This document shows positions 24,901 through 35,918 of a stretch of 64,000 bases of DNA, one piece after another (positions within the stretch are counted from its first letter, which is position 1; the number at the start of each line of letters is the position of its first letter). Both the position numbers and the translations under genes were made by a program. The notes beneath the pieces are model-generated. The model was not told the origin of the DNA and did no database searches. It saw nothing but the letters and a program-made list of their open reading frames with translations. Source of the stretch: Pocillopora damicornis (lineage: Eukaryota); the NCBI RefSeq assembly GCF_003704095.1, contig NW_020847208.1, positions 1 through 64,000 of the forward strand. Reading direction: 5' to 3'.

Positions 24901-25372
24901 TTAATTCTGGTTGAATACTTTTGGAATGCGGTGGAGACAAGGTGTACATCGAATAATGGAAAAAAACACTGAGAAATTTTTGATGTAAAACAAGGCTTCT
25001 TCCACGGAAATTTGAAGATTTTAAGAAAGTGCCTAAATTGTAGCAGTCTTTTGTCTGATTAAGTGGCAGAGGATTCGGTTAAGGACTGCTGTTGGCAACA
25101 CTGAATGCTTTTTTGAACACCTGAGCGGAAGTCATCTTCGAAGTCAAGATTTTTATGATAAATTCCACTCAGGTTTTCTAACCATCAGTAATTGCATGTT
25201 GCATATTCTCAAGGTGACGATCAGAGTACACGATCAATTGTTAATTCTTGCATTACTTACAAGCATTTGATTTACAACTGTGCTTTTACTTACCAGCTCT
25301 CTTTGGCGAACCTTGGACCGAAGCGGAGAAGAGAAGAACAGTCACCGTGATTAGGTACCAAAATGTCCTCAT
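18951..25372 (-). CDS. Secreted protein: signal peptide + 2 WSC-like Cys-rich domains + microexon-encoded S/T/K/P linker + VWA domain
   Basis: Exon 25372-25294 MRTFWYLITVTVLLFSASVQG; repeats VGCF.D...CA..A....YFGIE..GECWGG in exons at ~24777-24579, 24198-23960, ~23585-23401, 23014-22776; 24-nt microexons 22097-21069; VWA (ILDASLS MIDAS, ILGDG, GVKILAVGVG) 20642-20224 and 19913-19745; last exons (19563-19530, 19059-18951) tentative; gap at 22181-22710. Confidence 0.75.
23085..23335 (+). mobile_element. SINE 3' fragment (agagtaaaatgtcttgtcaaagaacacaac family)
   Basis: Same core recurs at ~27040-27190 and ~60130-60260. Confidence 0.55.
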
Positions 25373-27039
25373 CTTAAGGCTGATAAGGAGGAATAGATAA
25401 AAAAAAACCTACTTTTAAAAAAAGGAAGGGCTGAAATCGAACAGCACCTCTATACTCACAAGTCAGTAACAACAAGAAGCACATAAACTTACCCTTGCTT
25501 GTTTTGCTGGAGGCAAGTTAGTGCGCTCTTGCTACGGCAATAAAGAGAACAGTGATTGGAGCTGGTGTTGTTGAAATTTTCATATAGAATCTCTGACAAA
25601 AGTTTTTCACCGATTAGCAGCAAGGTTTCGGTTTTCCAAAACAAAACAATAAAATTTGATTAACCTTTAATTAACACGGTGAACTTCAATTAAATTGCGT
25701 GAGAACTTGCCGCGCTTTTACACCTGAAATCGTTTGGCAAGATGAGACAGGAAAATAAAAATATTTTGTTAAAGTACTTCCCAAAACCCAATGACAAGAC
25801 ATATAGATCATCCATTTTCTCAGAGGAAGCATAGCTCTGATGTTCCATCTTTCATTTCAGTTGTACAGACAGATAACGAGACAATGAGGTTATCAGTTCT
25901 TTTACACTGTTTACTAATTCAATACTTCTCCGTAGGTTTATTCAGGTGAAAATTAAAACTTTATTCAATTATAATATATTAGAACTCTTTCGAAACAGTT
26001 ACAATCAATGATCTGCTAGAGAAAGAAGTGTAAGTTGGGAACGTGACACCTTTCGCAGTTTCTTCCTCTTAGGGTTTTTAAATTGTAAATTAGGTTAGTT
26101 AGTCAACTATACATTTCTCCGTAAATGCACACTACTAAAATACGGCGATACTGATTATTGGTCACAGACTATAAATTAAAATGTATATAATATGACAATC
26201 ATACATGTACAATTTCATTTTAAAACCTGTTTTAAAACAAAAACCTGTTCATTGTTTAAGAGAGAAAAGCTGCTATTGGCTGTGTTACGTTTAGCATGCG
26301 CTAACAGCCGCAGATATTTCTGATAATTGCTTACAGATTACGATATTAATCAATTACATTTGTAATTTGACAGACGTGATTTTGTCTCTCACACTTTTCA
26401 GCTGGCAACATGACCACAAAACTTTTTCTTTCTCATATGAATATTTAGTAATCTTAGTAGTACAGCCATAAACAGTCTTAAACTTAATTCAATTTGTCAA
26501 CCGGTCCTAAGAGGCTAATTGCCAAAATTAAACGCTTACGCCCTTTTTTAACGATAGTTTGAGTAATTGATCATTTACAATGTACTGAGCGTTAATTTAA
26601 CCCCTTTTGCAAACTGAGACCAGCAAAACATAATTATTAAAGTTCGGAGACAAGTAATTTGGAGATCAAACTGATGTTTACATGTGGTTTAGTGTAGTGT
26701 TGTGTCCACCAATTCTAAGAGGTAACTAATGTGTTTAAAGTCCCTCAGGAAAAGGCTCCGCTGGCATGAACTTTCAATTGCAAGAAAACTTGACACTCGA
26801 AAAAATGAGCCACAGACTAAGGGTTTCATGGGGAACATTAAAATGATAACTTCGCCTACATAATTAGCTATTTACTTTTCTCATTCTCTATGGCAAATTC
26901 ATCTAACAAAAAAAAAAAAAGGACTTTCCTAACAGCAGAAAGTAAAAAAGGTAAAGTCTATAGTCGAGCCAAGTTTCTCAGTCAAGCCCATGAAGTGAAT
27001 AAATTAGGACATTTCATCAGGCTCTCTGGACTGACAATT

Positions 27040-27190
27040 TAATCTACCGGTACCTGTTTATACTCCTGGGTGGCCTGGAGATAGACTCTGAGAGGGTAAA
27101 GCGTTTTGTTCAAGAACACAACGCAATGACCTGGCCTGGTTACCCAGACCTCTCGACCAGTAGTCCAGCGCACTAACCGTTAGGGCACCA
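27040..27190 (+). mobile_element. SINE 3' fragment, same family as 23085
   Basis: tatactcctgggtgg...gagggtaaagcgttttgttcaagaacacaacgcaatgac...agtccagcgcactaacc. Confidence 0.55.
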
Positions 27191-27382
27191 TTAGCGGCAG
27201 AAGAGTACTATTTTAAGCAATTTTTCTGCAATACCCCACGGTGACCTTCATCAGAGAAAAAAGTAACAATATGGTAACTTTCGAAATAAGATACGGATTT
27301 GCTTTGACTTATTACGAAATGTACCATTATAATGTACCAGGTGTTCACTGCAATAATGATTAAAGAAACACACGCAATGTTT

Positions 27383-27613
27383 TTCCCTCCTATCCAAAGT
27401 TGAGTTGCAGCCTCAGTTCTGGAAATACAACAGAAAAGCAGGAGTGAAGTGTATTTAACTACCAAAGTTATCTTCATCATTAATGACGTCGTCACGATTC
27501 GCATGGAACTGGCAAAAGTTACTGCTGCTGTCTGTATGCTGTATATAAAGTTCTACGGTCATTCTTGTTCCACAGAGGTGCTGTGCACGATTTTAGTCGG
27601 CTTCAAAGCCTCT
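27383..27613 (-). pseudogene. Decayed duplicate of the last exon of the PAN-EGF gene
   Basis: Aligns with 28080-28295 (CTAPLWNK, TDSSSNFCQF, EDNFGS, ATQLWIGGK) with frameshifts. Confidence 0.75.
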
Positions 27614-27744
27614 TATAATTGTTTTTAGCATGACTATGATTATGTCTCGTTTTTGAGAATCGCATTGCTATGAAAGCCTGAGATGATTCGTTTTCAATTG
27701 TCGTTTCCAGACTACTTGATGACTACATGTAATTGACTGATTAT

Positions 27745-28016
27745 AGCATTATTTATCGACCGGAGAGGGGGGTTTGGGGATTTGGGTGGTGATCACGTGG
27801 TTTTCAGGTGGAACGGAGGGGAGATTGTACAATCGTCGCTTCAGTTCAGAGAATAAAGGGGGCGCTATAAAAACTTGACTGCCAATCAACTTCCAATGAG
27901 GGGAAAGAAAAAAATGTTCCAAAGCCTTTTGGGCAGATCAGATAACTTTCATCGTGAAACAACCAAAATCCTCTTAGCTCCTTCCTCCCCAGCCGACTAA
28001 TAATGACCGACTCCAT
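27745..28016. repeat. G-rich MITE-like repeat; a related copy lies at ~28655-28975
   Basis: cattatttatcg...ggggg at the left end, cccagccgactaataatgacc at the right; shared ttgactgccaatca / tgattggcagttaa core with the second copy. Confidence 0.5.
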
Positions 28017-28074
28017 ATACATACACTTAAATGCTACATGCAGTGGTTTAGATTAAAGGAACACAGAAGCCCGT

Positions 28075-31000
28075 CTACTTTCCTCCTACCCAGAACTGAG
28101 TTGTAGCGTCAGCACTAGAAGTACAACGAAAAGCAGGATTGAAAGTATTATAACTACCAAAATTGTCCTCATTATCGACGACGTTACCACGATTTCCATT
28201 GAACTGACAGAAACTTCTGCTGCTGTCTGTATGCAAAGCGCTTTGGTCTTTCTTGTTCCACAAAGGTGCTGTGCATGATTTACATTCATAGCCTCTAACA
28301 TTGATGATCTCAAACTTGACACACTTTGCGACAATTGGAACTTGGATATTCATTAGGTCGAAATCTTCAAACGAAGTTCGCATGTAATCACGGTAAACCA
28401 CCCCGTCCGTGTCATAACGGCAAGTGGCTCGCCAGTGAGTGGACCGGGAGCCAAGCCATGCAAAGTACGATGGGCGGATCAAGTATGTCTGCCAGTTTGG
28501 TGTCTCACCGCTGACCGCTTTAGAATCATCATAGTCGGAAAATACAATGCTCTAAGGAAATAGAATATATTGAAATCTTCACTTCCACTGATTACCATGG
28601 AATTAGTTCGGTCAAAATAGAGCTCGCTGGGCAAGACGGGCAAAAAGACCACCTTAGTCAATAAAGTGATAAAACAAGGGACCCGAGAGGGGTGGAGGAG
28701 GGTCAGAGGATTTGGTTGTGTCACGATGAAATATTCTTGATCCCATCCATAAGGCTCTGTAATATACTCAGGATCTCCCTTCCCCTCTTTAGCAGCTGAT
28801 TGGCAGTTAATTTTCCATAGCTCCCCCCCTTTATACTCTGTCAGCGATGACCGATACCCCCTCCCCTCCGATACCCCCTCCATTTCCCTGAAAACCATGG
28901 AATCCTTCCTCCAAAATCCTCCACCCCCCTCAGTCCCTAAATGAATCTTCAATATTCTCCTAGGATCAGTCATCAAGATTGTGCTGATTCTCTTTTCGGA
29001 AAGAATGTAATTTCAGTCAGTTCCACTTTCTACTCGTGTCCCTGTAAATTAAAAAAGGTAATGTTGTTGGGAAAGATTTATTCAAATTCAAAAAGGTTTG
29101 GCAGATTAGCCTATTGATGAGTAGCTTTTTTTCATGGAAGCTTCTATTCAATTCCTTTTATCTACTCTGAACTCAGATTGTAAAGGGAATACATTTACTT
29201 GAACAAGATTTTTGTTGGACAAACTGAATGACTCAATCAGGTTCCAAGCGAAATCAGGCTCTGAGTCAAAGTCACAGAACACTGTGAAGGTTTGATTGCT
29301 ACCATCAGTGACTTTGTACAATCCAGATGAGTTAAAGCCGGCTGCTTTGTAATCCTGACAACTTCCCGGCTTAGTCTCGCAATGTTTCCCAACAAACAAC
29401 TCTGGACAGGAACAACTGTACCGTACACTTGTGGGCTCACAGATCTCAGTGCAGGTTCCACCATTGAGACACAGATTGTTCCTGCAACAGTCATTGCCAC
29501 ACGTGACGTCACCAACACATGGAACCATATCGCTATTAATCTGTTGAAATAGTTTGATTCGGAAATATATATTATATGTCTCTTCAAAAGAGGAAGACTA
29601 TTGCGTTATGAAAACGTTTTCTTAACTAAACACGTTCATTGAAGGATATGGCCTGTTTCATCAACGTGCTGGTTAGTCTGGCACTCTCTTTGATCTGCTC
29701 AGACAGCCATAGGACGTCATTCATTTTATATCACTTAACTTGGGTATATTTATCTATATCATCTTTCATGTATTGCGAGTTTATAATTAAGACTAATTGA
29801 CGTTCTTCTCTATTTGCACATTGCTCAATACCTGGCAAAACGAACGAGAAATATCTACTGTGAATTTAACTGATTACATATCGGTATCTTGGTAACAAAG
29901 AAAAAGAAAGAAGAAAACCTGCCTCGCTGAATGTCTTTCAGCAAGAACATGCAGGATAAGAACAGAATTCTGAAATCATTGTTTCACTTAAACTTAATTT
30001 CAGTAAAGTTGTTATAGGAAAAAGCAAAGAGTAAAAAAGGAGAAACCCAAATTTGAATTTATTGGCATATAGCATAAACAAACAGCATTAGCATATATTT
30101 CTTCGATTTTTGGAATCGTTCGAAAATTTTTAATCAACATAAGATATTCTCAAAAATTTATAAACAATTTTTCAGCGTAAATTTTGTGAAAATTGTCCAG
30201 CCGCCGAACATATCTACAGAGAATAATGTTGTATGTGAATAAATTCCTATTTGGCTTTATCATGTTTTTTTTTGCTTTTTTTTATCGCCAACGTTACTGC
30301 AATTACATGTACATCAGAGATAAATTGAGAATACAAGAGGATACATAGCTGGAAAACCATTGGCAAGGAGCCCCTGGAGAAGGAAAAGAAGTGCGAACTA
30401 GATCTGGTTGGTATCACTGAAAAAGGGCGTTGTTTTTTCGCACTTTGTAATCAGGATATCGTACGTTCTACTTAGAATATTCAAAAGGCAAAGCGAACCA
30501 GAGTTTTGAAAGTAACTACAACTTAATTCTTTTTTGGAAGGGATGTATTTAACAATAAAAATTGATTTCAATTTACAATTGCATTGATTGACGTGCAATT
30601 ACAGCAGCAAAATGAAGAACAGGTGATAGTGTTAATTACGAACAGGGGAATCGACAAACTATTCAACGGCAGAATGTCTGGAGAAAGCAACCAATCCGCG
30701 ATTACTCCGTTGTTTGGTAAAAGAAGGAACGTAGTACTCGATCGGTTTGTAAATGCTAGTAGAAAGCAACCTGCCATTGCTCCTTGGTTTTTTGCAGTAA
30801 ATGAAGAAATAAAAGACTCGATCGGTTCGTAAAGTTGGAATGTTCGCTCTTTTTTTTGAGGAAATAAGGAAAGGTAACCTCCCAAACATTTGAGGTAAAT
30901 AACCAAAGAAAAATTAGCGCACGATGTTTACAATTGAAATTCTCTTTGACAGCTCTTCTGACCATGGTGGTTACTACCTTGTATAGATTTCCCAAAAAGA

Positions 31001-31390
31001 AAAAAGGAAAAAAAAAGAGGCTTAGATGGTAAAAAAGAAAAAAGAAATGCATACTTTGTTCCAGTTACAGCAGGTCACCTACCTTTATAAAGTCGTCCTT
31101 GCGGAGATTGTAATAAGTTGAGCCGGGAGAAGGTTTGAGGGAGCTCTTGTTTGTAAAATGATTTGCTTCATTCAATTCACAGAATTTTCCTTCATCTGTA
31201 TCGTTGTAGTTAAATGACAAGCACCGACAGTCTTCGATACACCACATGTAACACTGAACTGGACTCAATGTTTTGGAACTGTGAAAGACATGGCCAACAA
31301 ACTTTGAATCTTGCACCGCATCTCGATGCACATCAAGTGAAATTTTCTGACATGTGTCACTGAGGCAAACGCTCTTAACTTGCAGAAAAA
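28075..31390 (-). CDS. PAN/apple + EGF + fibrinogen-related-like protein (5' end lost in gap); exons >31390-31083, 29540-29199, 28551-28075
   Basis: PAN: CYMWCIEDCRCLSFNY..CELN; EGF: CLNGGTC..YSCSC..FVGKHCE; SCQDYK..G..SGLY..VFCDF..WNLI; C-terminal THWRATC...EDNFG. Confidence 0.8.
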
Positions 31391-31490
31391 NNNNNNNNNN
31401 NNNNNNNNNNNNNNNNNNNNNNNNNNNNNNNNNNNNNNNNNNNNNNNNNNNNNNNNNNNNNNNNNNNNNNNNNNNNNNNNNNNNNNNNNN

Positions 31491-33106
31491 AAAGTTTTCC
31501 GGCACATCGCAACGTTCTCTCGGCGAACAGTGAATTCTTTAAGGCCTTATTCGCCAATGAGATGAAAGAAAATTTTGAAAATACAGTTCACATGGAAGAA
31601 TTCGAACCTCAAGTTATGGAACAGCTGCTAAATTACATGTACGGCGGTGGTATAAAAATCACGAGGGAGAATGCCCTTGATCTAGCAATTGGTTCAGATT
31701 TTTTGTTTTTGACTGAATTGAAGGGGAAGGCTTGTGAATATTTGATTAGCGATTTAAACTCAGAGAATTGTTTGTTTCTCTTGTACATGGCCGAGAAGTA
31801 CAATGTGAGAGAGCTTCGTGACAGTGCCCAAACACACATCCTCGAAAATTACGTTGCTGTCTCGGTAAGTGAAGGATTTGCAGCTCTCAGCATAGAACAG
31901 CTGCTTGCGATCGTGTCCAGCGACGATCTCGTCGCCAGAGAGGAAAAGATTTTCGAATCAGTTATAAGATGGACGAAGCAGGACTTGGAGACAAGAAAGA
32001 AGCTCTTTCCCACCCTGTTTTCTTGCATCCGCCTGATCTATATGGCAAGATGTTATTTGATTAACGAAGTGCAAGAGGATGATTTAGTAAAGAATGACGA
32101 ATCTTGTTTACGACTCGTTACTGCAGCGAAAGAGTTCTTTTCAACTCCAAAGGGAACTGTGCAAAATTCTGAGTACGCCTCAATGCGGCCACGTGCCTGT
32201 CAAACTGCCATCTTGATGGTGGGGGGCTGGGTGGAAAACAGTGACATCACTGCCTCATCAAAAGTGTACATGACAAGTATCAAGCAAATTTTCGAGGTTT
32301 CTGCAATGTCCGCTCCCAGAAAGAACCATGGTATTGCTGTGCACGAGGGTCTAGTGTACGTGGTGGGTGGAACAACTAAAAATGGCAACGTAACAAGGAG
32401 TGCAGAATTGTATGACCCAAGAACTAACACTTGGTCCAGTTTGTTTTCATTGCGAAAAGAGGTGGCGGGTGTGGGTGTGGCCATGGTAGGGGATTACCTG
32501 TATGCAGTTGGGGGGCATGATTCAAAGGGCATGCCACAAAGTATTGTGCAGCGCTACAGTGCAAAGTTGAATAAATGGGAATGTGTTGCTTCTATGAATG
32601 CTTCACGCACAAGGCACTGTGTTGTTGGTTCGAATTATGTATATGCTTTTGGTGGGTATTCCAGTGACGAAGACATTCCTTTAAAGTCAGCTGAATATTA
32701 CAACCATTTGTCAGATTCTTGGGTTGACATTGCTCCCATGAATCAACGCCGCTCTGATGCCTGTGCAGTGTGTATGGGGAACAAGGTTTATGTGATTGGT
32801 GGAGAGGACATTTTAGGATCTCCCATTAAATTAGCATCTTGTGAGATGTACAACCCCAAGACCAACAGATGGACCAACATAGTAGCACTCAGACAGCCAC
32901 GCTCACATGCAGGTGCAGTAGTAGTTAAGGACAAGGTGTTTGTTCTAGGTGGTGTGGGCGGAAATAACAGAGAGCTAAGGAGTGTTGAATGTTATGATGC
33001 AGATCAACAGAAATGGCAGGAGGTAGCAAATTTATCGGCAGGAATTGAAGGATTTGGTTGTTGTGTCATCACAGTACCTGGTGAATTAATGCCTGTGTTG
33101 GTTTGA
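31491..33106 (+). CDS. Kelch-like BTB-BACK-Kelch protein (5' partial)
   Basis: Frame is open from the gap: FPAHRNVLSANSEFFKALF (BTB), BACK domain, and six GG...Y...W kelch repeats. Confidence 0.93.
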
Positions 33107-33744
33107 TAAATAGAATCCAATGGAGACTGATATGAACTTCTACACACAGAAGCTTCCTTCCTTTGGTAGATTAATGTTATGGGTGTCCATAGTTTCCAAA
33201 GGCCATACAGTGCATGTGGACTCTCTATGTATCACCCTCTGGGTCTCACTGTAGCCATGCAATCCATGAAAAAAGCAAAGAACTTTAAGGTTTGAAGATT
33301 CCATATTGTATTACTATAAATTTTTGATGACAATTTCATGTCTCCTAATTGTTGGAACTCTGCTGCAGCTGTTTATCAGGCCTCTCCTCACCATCTGGTA
33401 AGATTCTACTCATCAAATTTGTACAGCCATTTTCTTGCTCACAATGTACAACTTGATCAAGATTAAGGTACTTTACAATCTCACTGGAAATAAACCCCCA
33501 AAAATCTGTATGCCAACAATGCTGTCTGGCAAAGAAAAGAAACTGCTGTTTGTCAACAGCCTTCCCTTTAGCTCATCTTCACTGAGTTAAACCTAGGGCA
33601 GGTTAAGGTTGCTAAGACATTTGTAAGAGAGCTGTTTTAGATAAATATCAGAAACACACTGTACAAAGTTTAAGATGTAATCATAATTTCATGAAGCCAC
33701 TGAATGCTCTTCATAAATTTCTTGACCAAATTTTCTTGAACTCT

Positions 33745-33947
33745 TTTTAACTCCCAGGTTACGATTAGTTATTCTTTCAACTAAATTCCATACATTCCCT
33801 TGTAAATTAGACATGAGAATTCCAATTTACATCAAGATAACACTCATCTGATGAGCTTGTGTATTCTCACACCCTGTTTGCAAGATAACATATTGGAATT
33901 GCAATGAGAAGTTATTAGTTTGTCACCTCTGAGAGTTACAGGGCTTA
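33745..33947. mobile_element. Degenerate piggyBac-like MITE, same family as 16096
   Basis: tttaactccc...agagttacagggctta. Confidence 0.5.
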
Positions 33948-34901
33948 GAAATGTAGTAGCAGACTGATAAAAGTGTGAAGTAACAAGAGAAAATACTTGT
34001 TAATGCCTCAAATAGGTCAGCCGGCAATATTTAACCAATGTATTCTCTGATCTGTAAAGCCAAATGAACAACCTGTAGTATTCTGTGTTTGGCAAGGATT
34101 AAATTCAGAAATAAATGGAAGTCTTCAAATAAAGATGATAATAATAAGTGTTGCATGAAGGTGATAAATTATTTTTTCCTGTAATAGATCAGTCCTTGAC
34201 ATAAAGTGATACATTTAAGAAAATTAAGACTGAATTAACTTCAACTTGAGGAAGTCTTGTTATGTATTGAAAGAATCAACAGAGCATGCAAATTATAAAG
34301 TTGATGCAATGTAAATTACTTGCACAACCTCTTGCTTCAGCAATTCACTCACTGGAAATATAGACATAAGATTCCATGTATATTTTTCAGTTGTAAAGAT
34401 CTGCCAGACTGTGTTTCCAATTGTTTTATTGTTGTTGTTTTTAATCTTATATAAAAAATTTTTTTCTTTTTGAGGGGGAGGAGACCTCCCTGAAAACAAG
34501 TGCTTCCTTTGCTTGGTCTTTTTTTCCATCTTGAATTTTATTTCAATCATTTGCCAGGGCAAAAAAATGAAAGTGAAACATTTGAGATGATGTGCATGAA
34601 CTTACTTTTAATTGATGAATTGGGGGCAATCTTCAAAAGCTCAAACCCAAAAGTTTTGAGCTACATATTAGTAGAGAAAGACATCAAGAGGTGACCATGA
34701 AATCTCGATGACAACAGGACCTTTAACATCATCACAGGAGCAAAGTAAATTAAAAGTTTAGCAGTCTTAATTTCACTTAACAACACACCACTTTAATGAC
34801 AAAGTTGCTATTTTACAAAAGACAAAATGAACTACAAATCCACAACAAAAACAGATGGATCTCTCTACACTGAGGATGAACTATGTAAATATTTTCTTCA
34901 C

Positions 34902-35887
34902 TTATTCTCCCTGCAAGGAAAAAAAATGCAGTCAGAGATCAAGCAAAATATTCCTTTCATGAATTAAGCAATGGTGACATTTAATAACCAGAAAAGGCTA
35001 AATTTTTCACCAGTAGAATTATTCAAAAAGGAAGCCTTCTGGGCAGCTTGCTGGTGCAAGCACAACTGAGTATGTACTTCTCTAACAGACAAAAGACAAG
35101 CCTAGGAAATAACCCTTAAATATACCATCTGTCTGAGAAGGATTAGAAATTAATTCAATAAATAACTTTAAAATTCTCAGTCTCTTACTGGATTATTATC
35201 CTCGGCTTGTGGTTCATAGGACTGTAACTGAAAGAAAGATTTACATCAACATTGCCACTAAAATAAAGTTGTTGAAAACAAAGGAACTGCCCATCAAATC
35301 TGACAGTCAGTCCTTTACTGTGCTCTTGACAATGCTCAGCAATGGTTGAAATCCTTTTTCTTTTGGAATAGAAAGATGGGTGGAACCTTACTGCACCATA
35401 AACAGTTCAAAGGTAGAGCTGAATTTCAGACTTTTTCTTGATCTGATTTCTAACAGAAGGCTTGTAGTTACTATTGATATTGGTTACTTCCTCGCATTTC
35501 CTTCTCTTTGACATGTTTGTTAGGGTGTTATAAATATCAAATTATTAATATACAATGGATGATTTCCTGGAAAACAATGAAAGACTACGATTTTAAGTTG
35601 AGTGAGGTGTGGCAACAGTTTGGTGACATGGTTTTGGCCTTAAAAATTATTGTCATGCACAACCTTCCTCATTTCCATAGACAACTCAACCTAAAGTGCC
35701 ATGTGTCACTAACCATCACATGTGAAATCTCTCAAAAAGAAGCAAAAATATATGTCACTGGAAAGGGTGTCAGTTACCCATGATAACAAAACAATTCTAA
35801 TGTCAAAACGAGCTTGCCAAACTTCCGTTGTGCCTCACTGAATTGAAACTCAAGTATCTCTGGGAAAAATCTGTCTCCTAGCCTAAA

Positions 35888-35918
<31 letters not shown>

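Noticed and set aside
25080-25240. Second Penelope-type hammerhead repeat
   Set aside because: The core is too degenerate to support a ribozyme call.
28479-28976. 165-aa ORF
   Set aside because: It runs through a G/C-rich intronic repeat; the real exon starts at 28551 in another frame.
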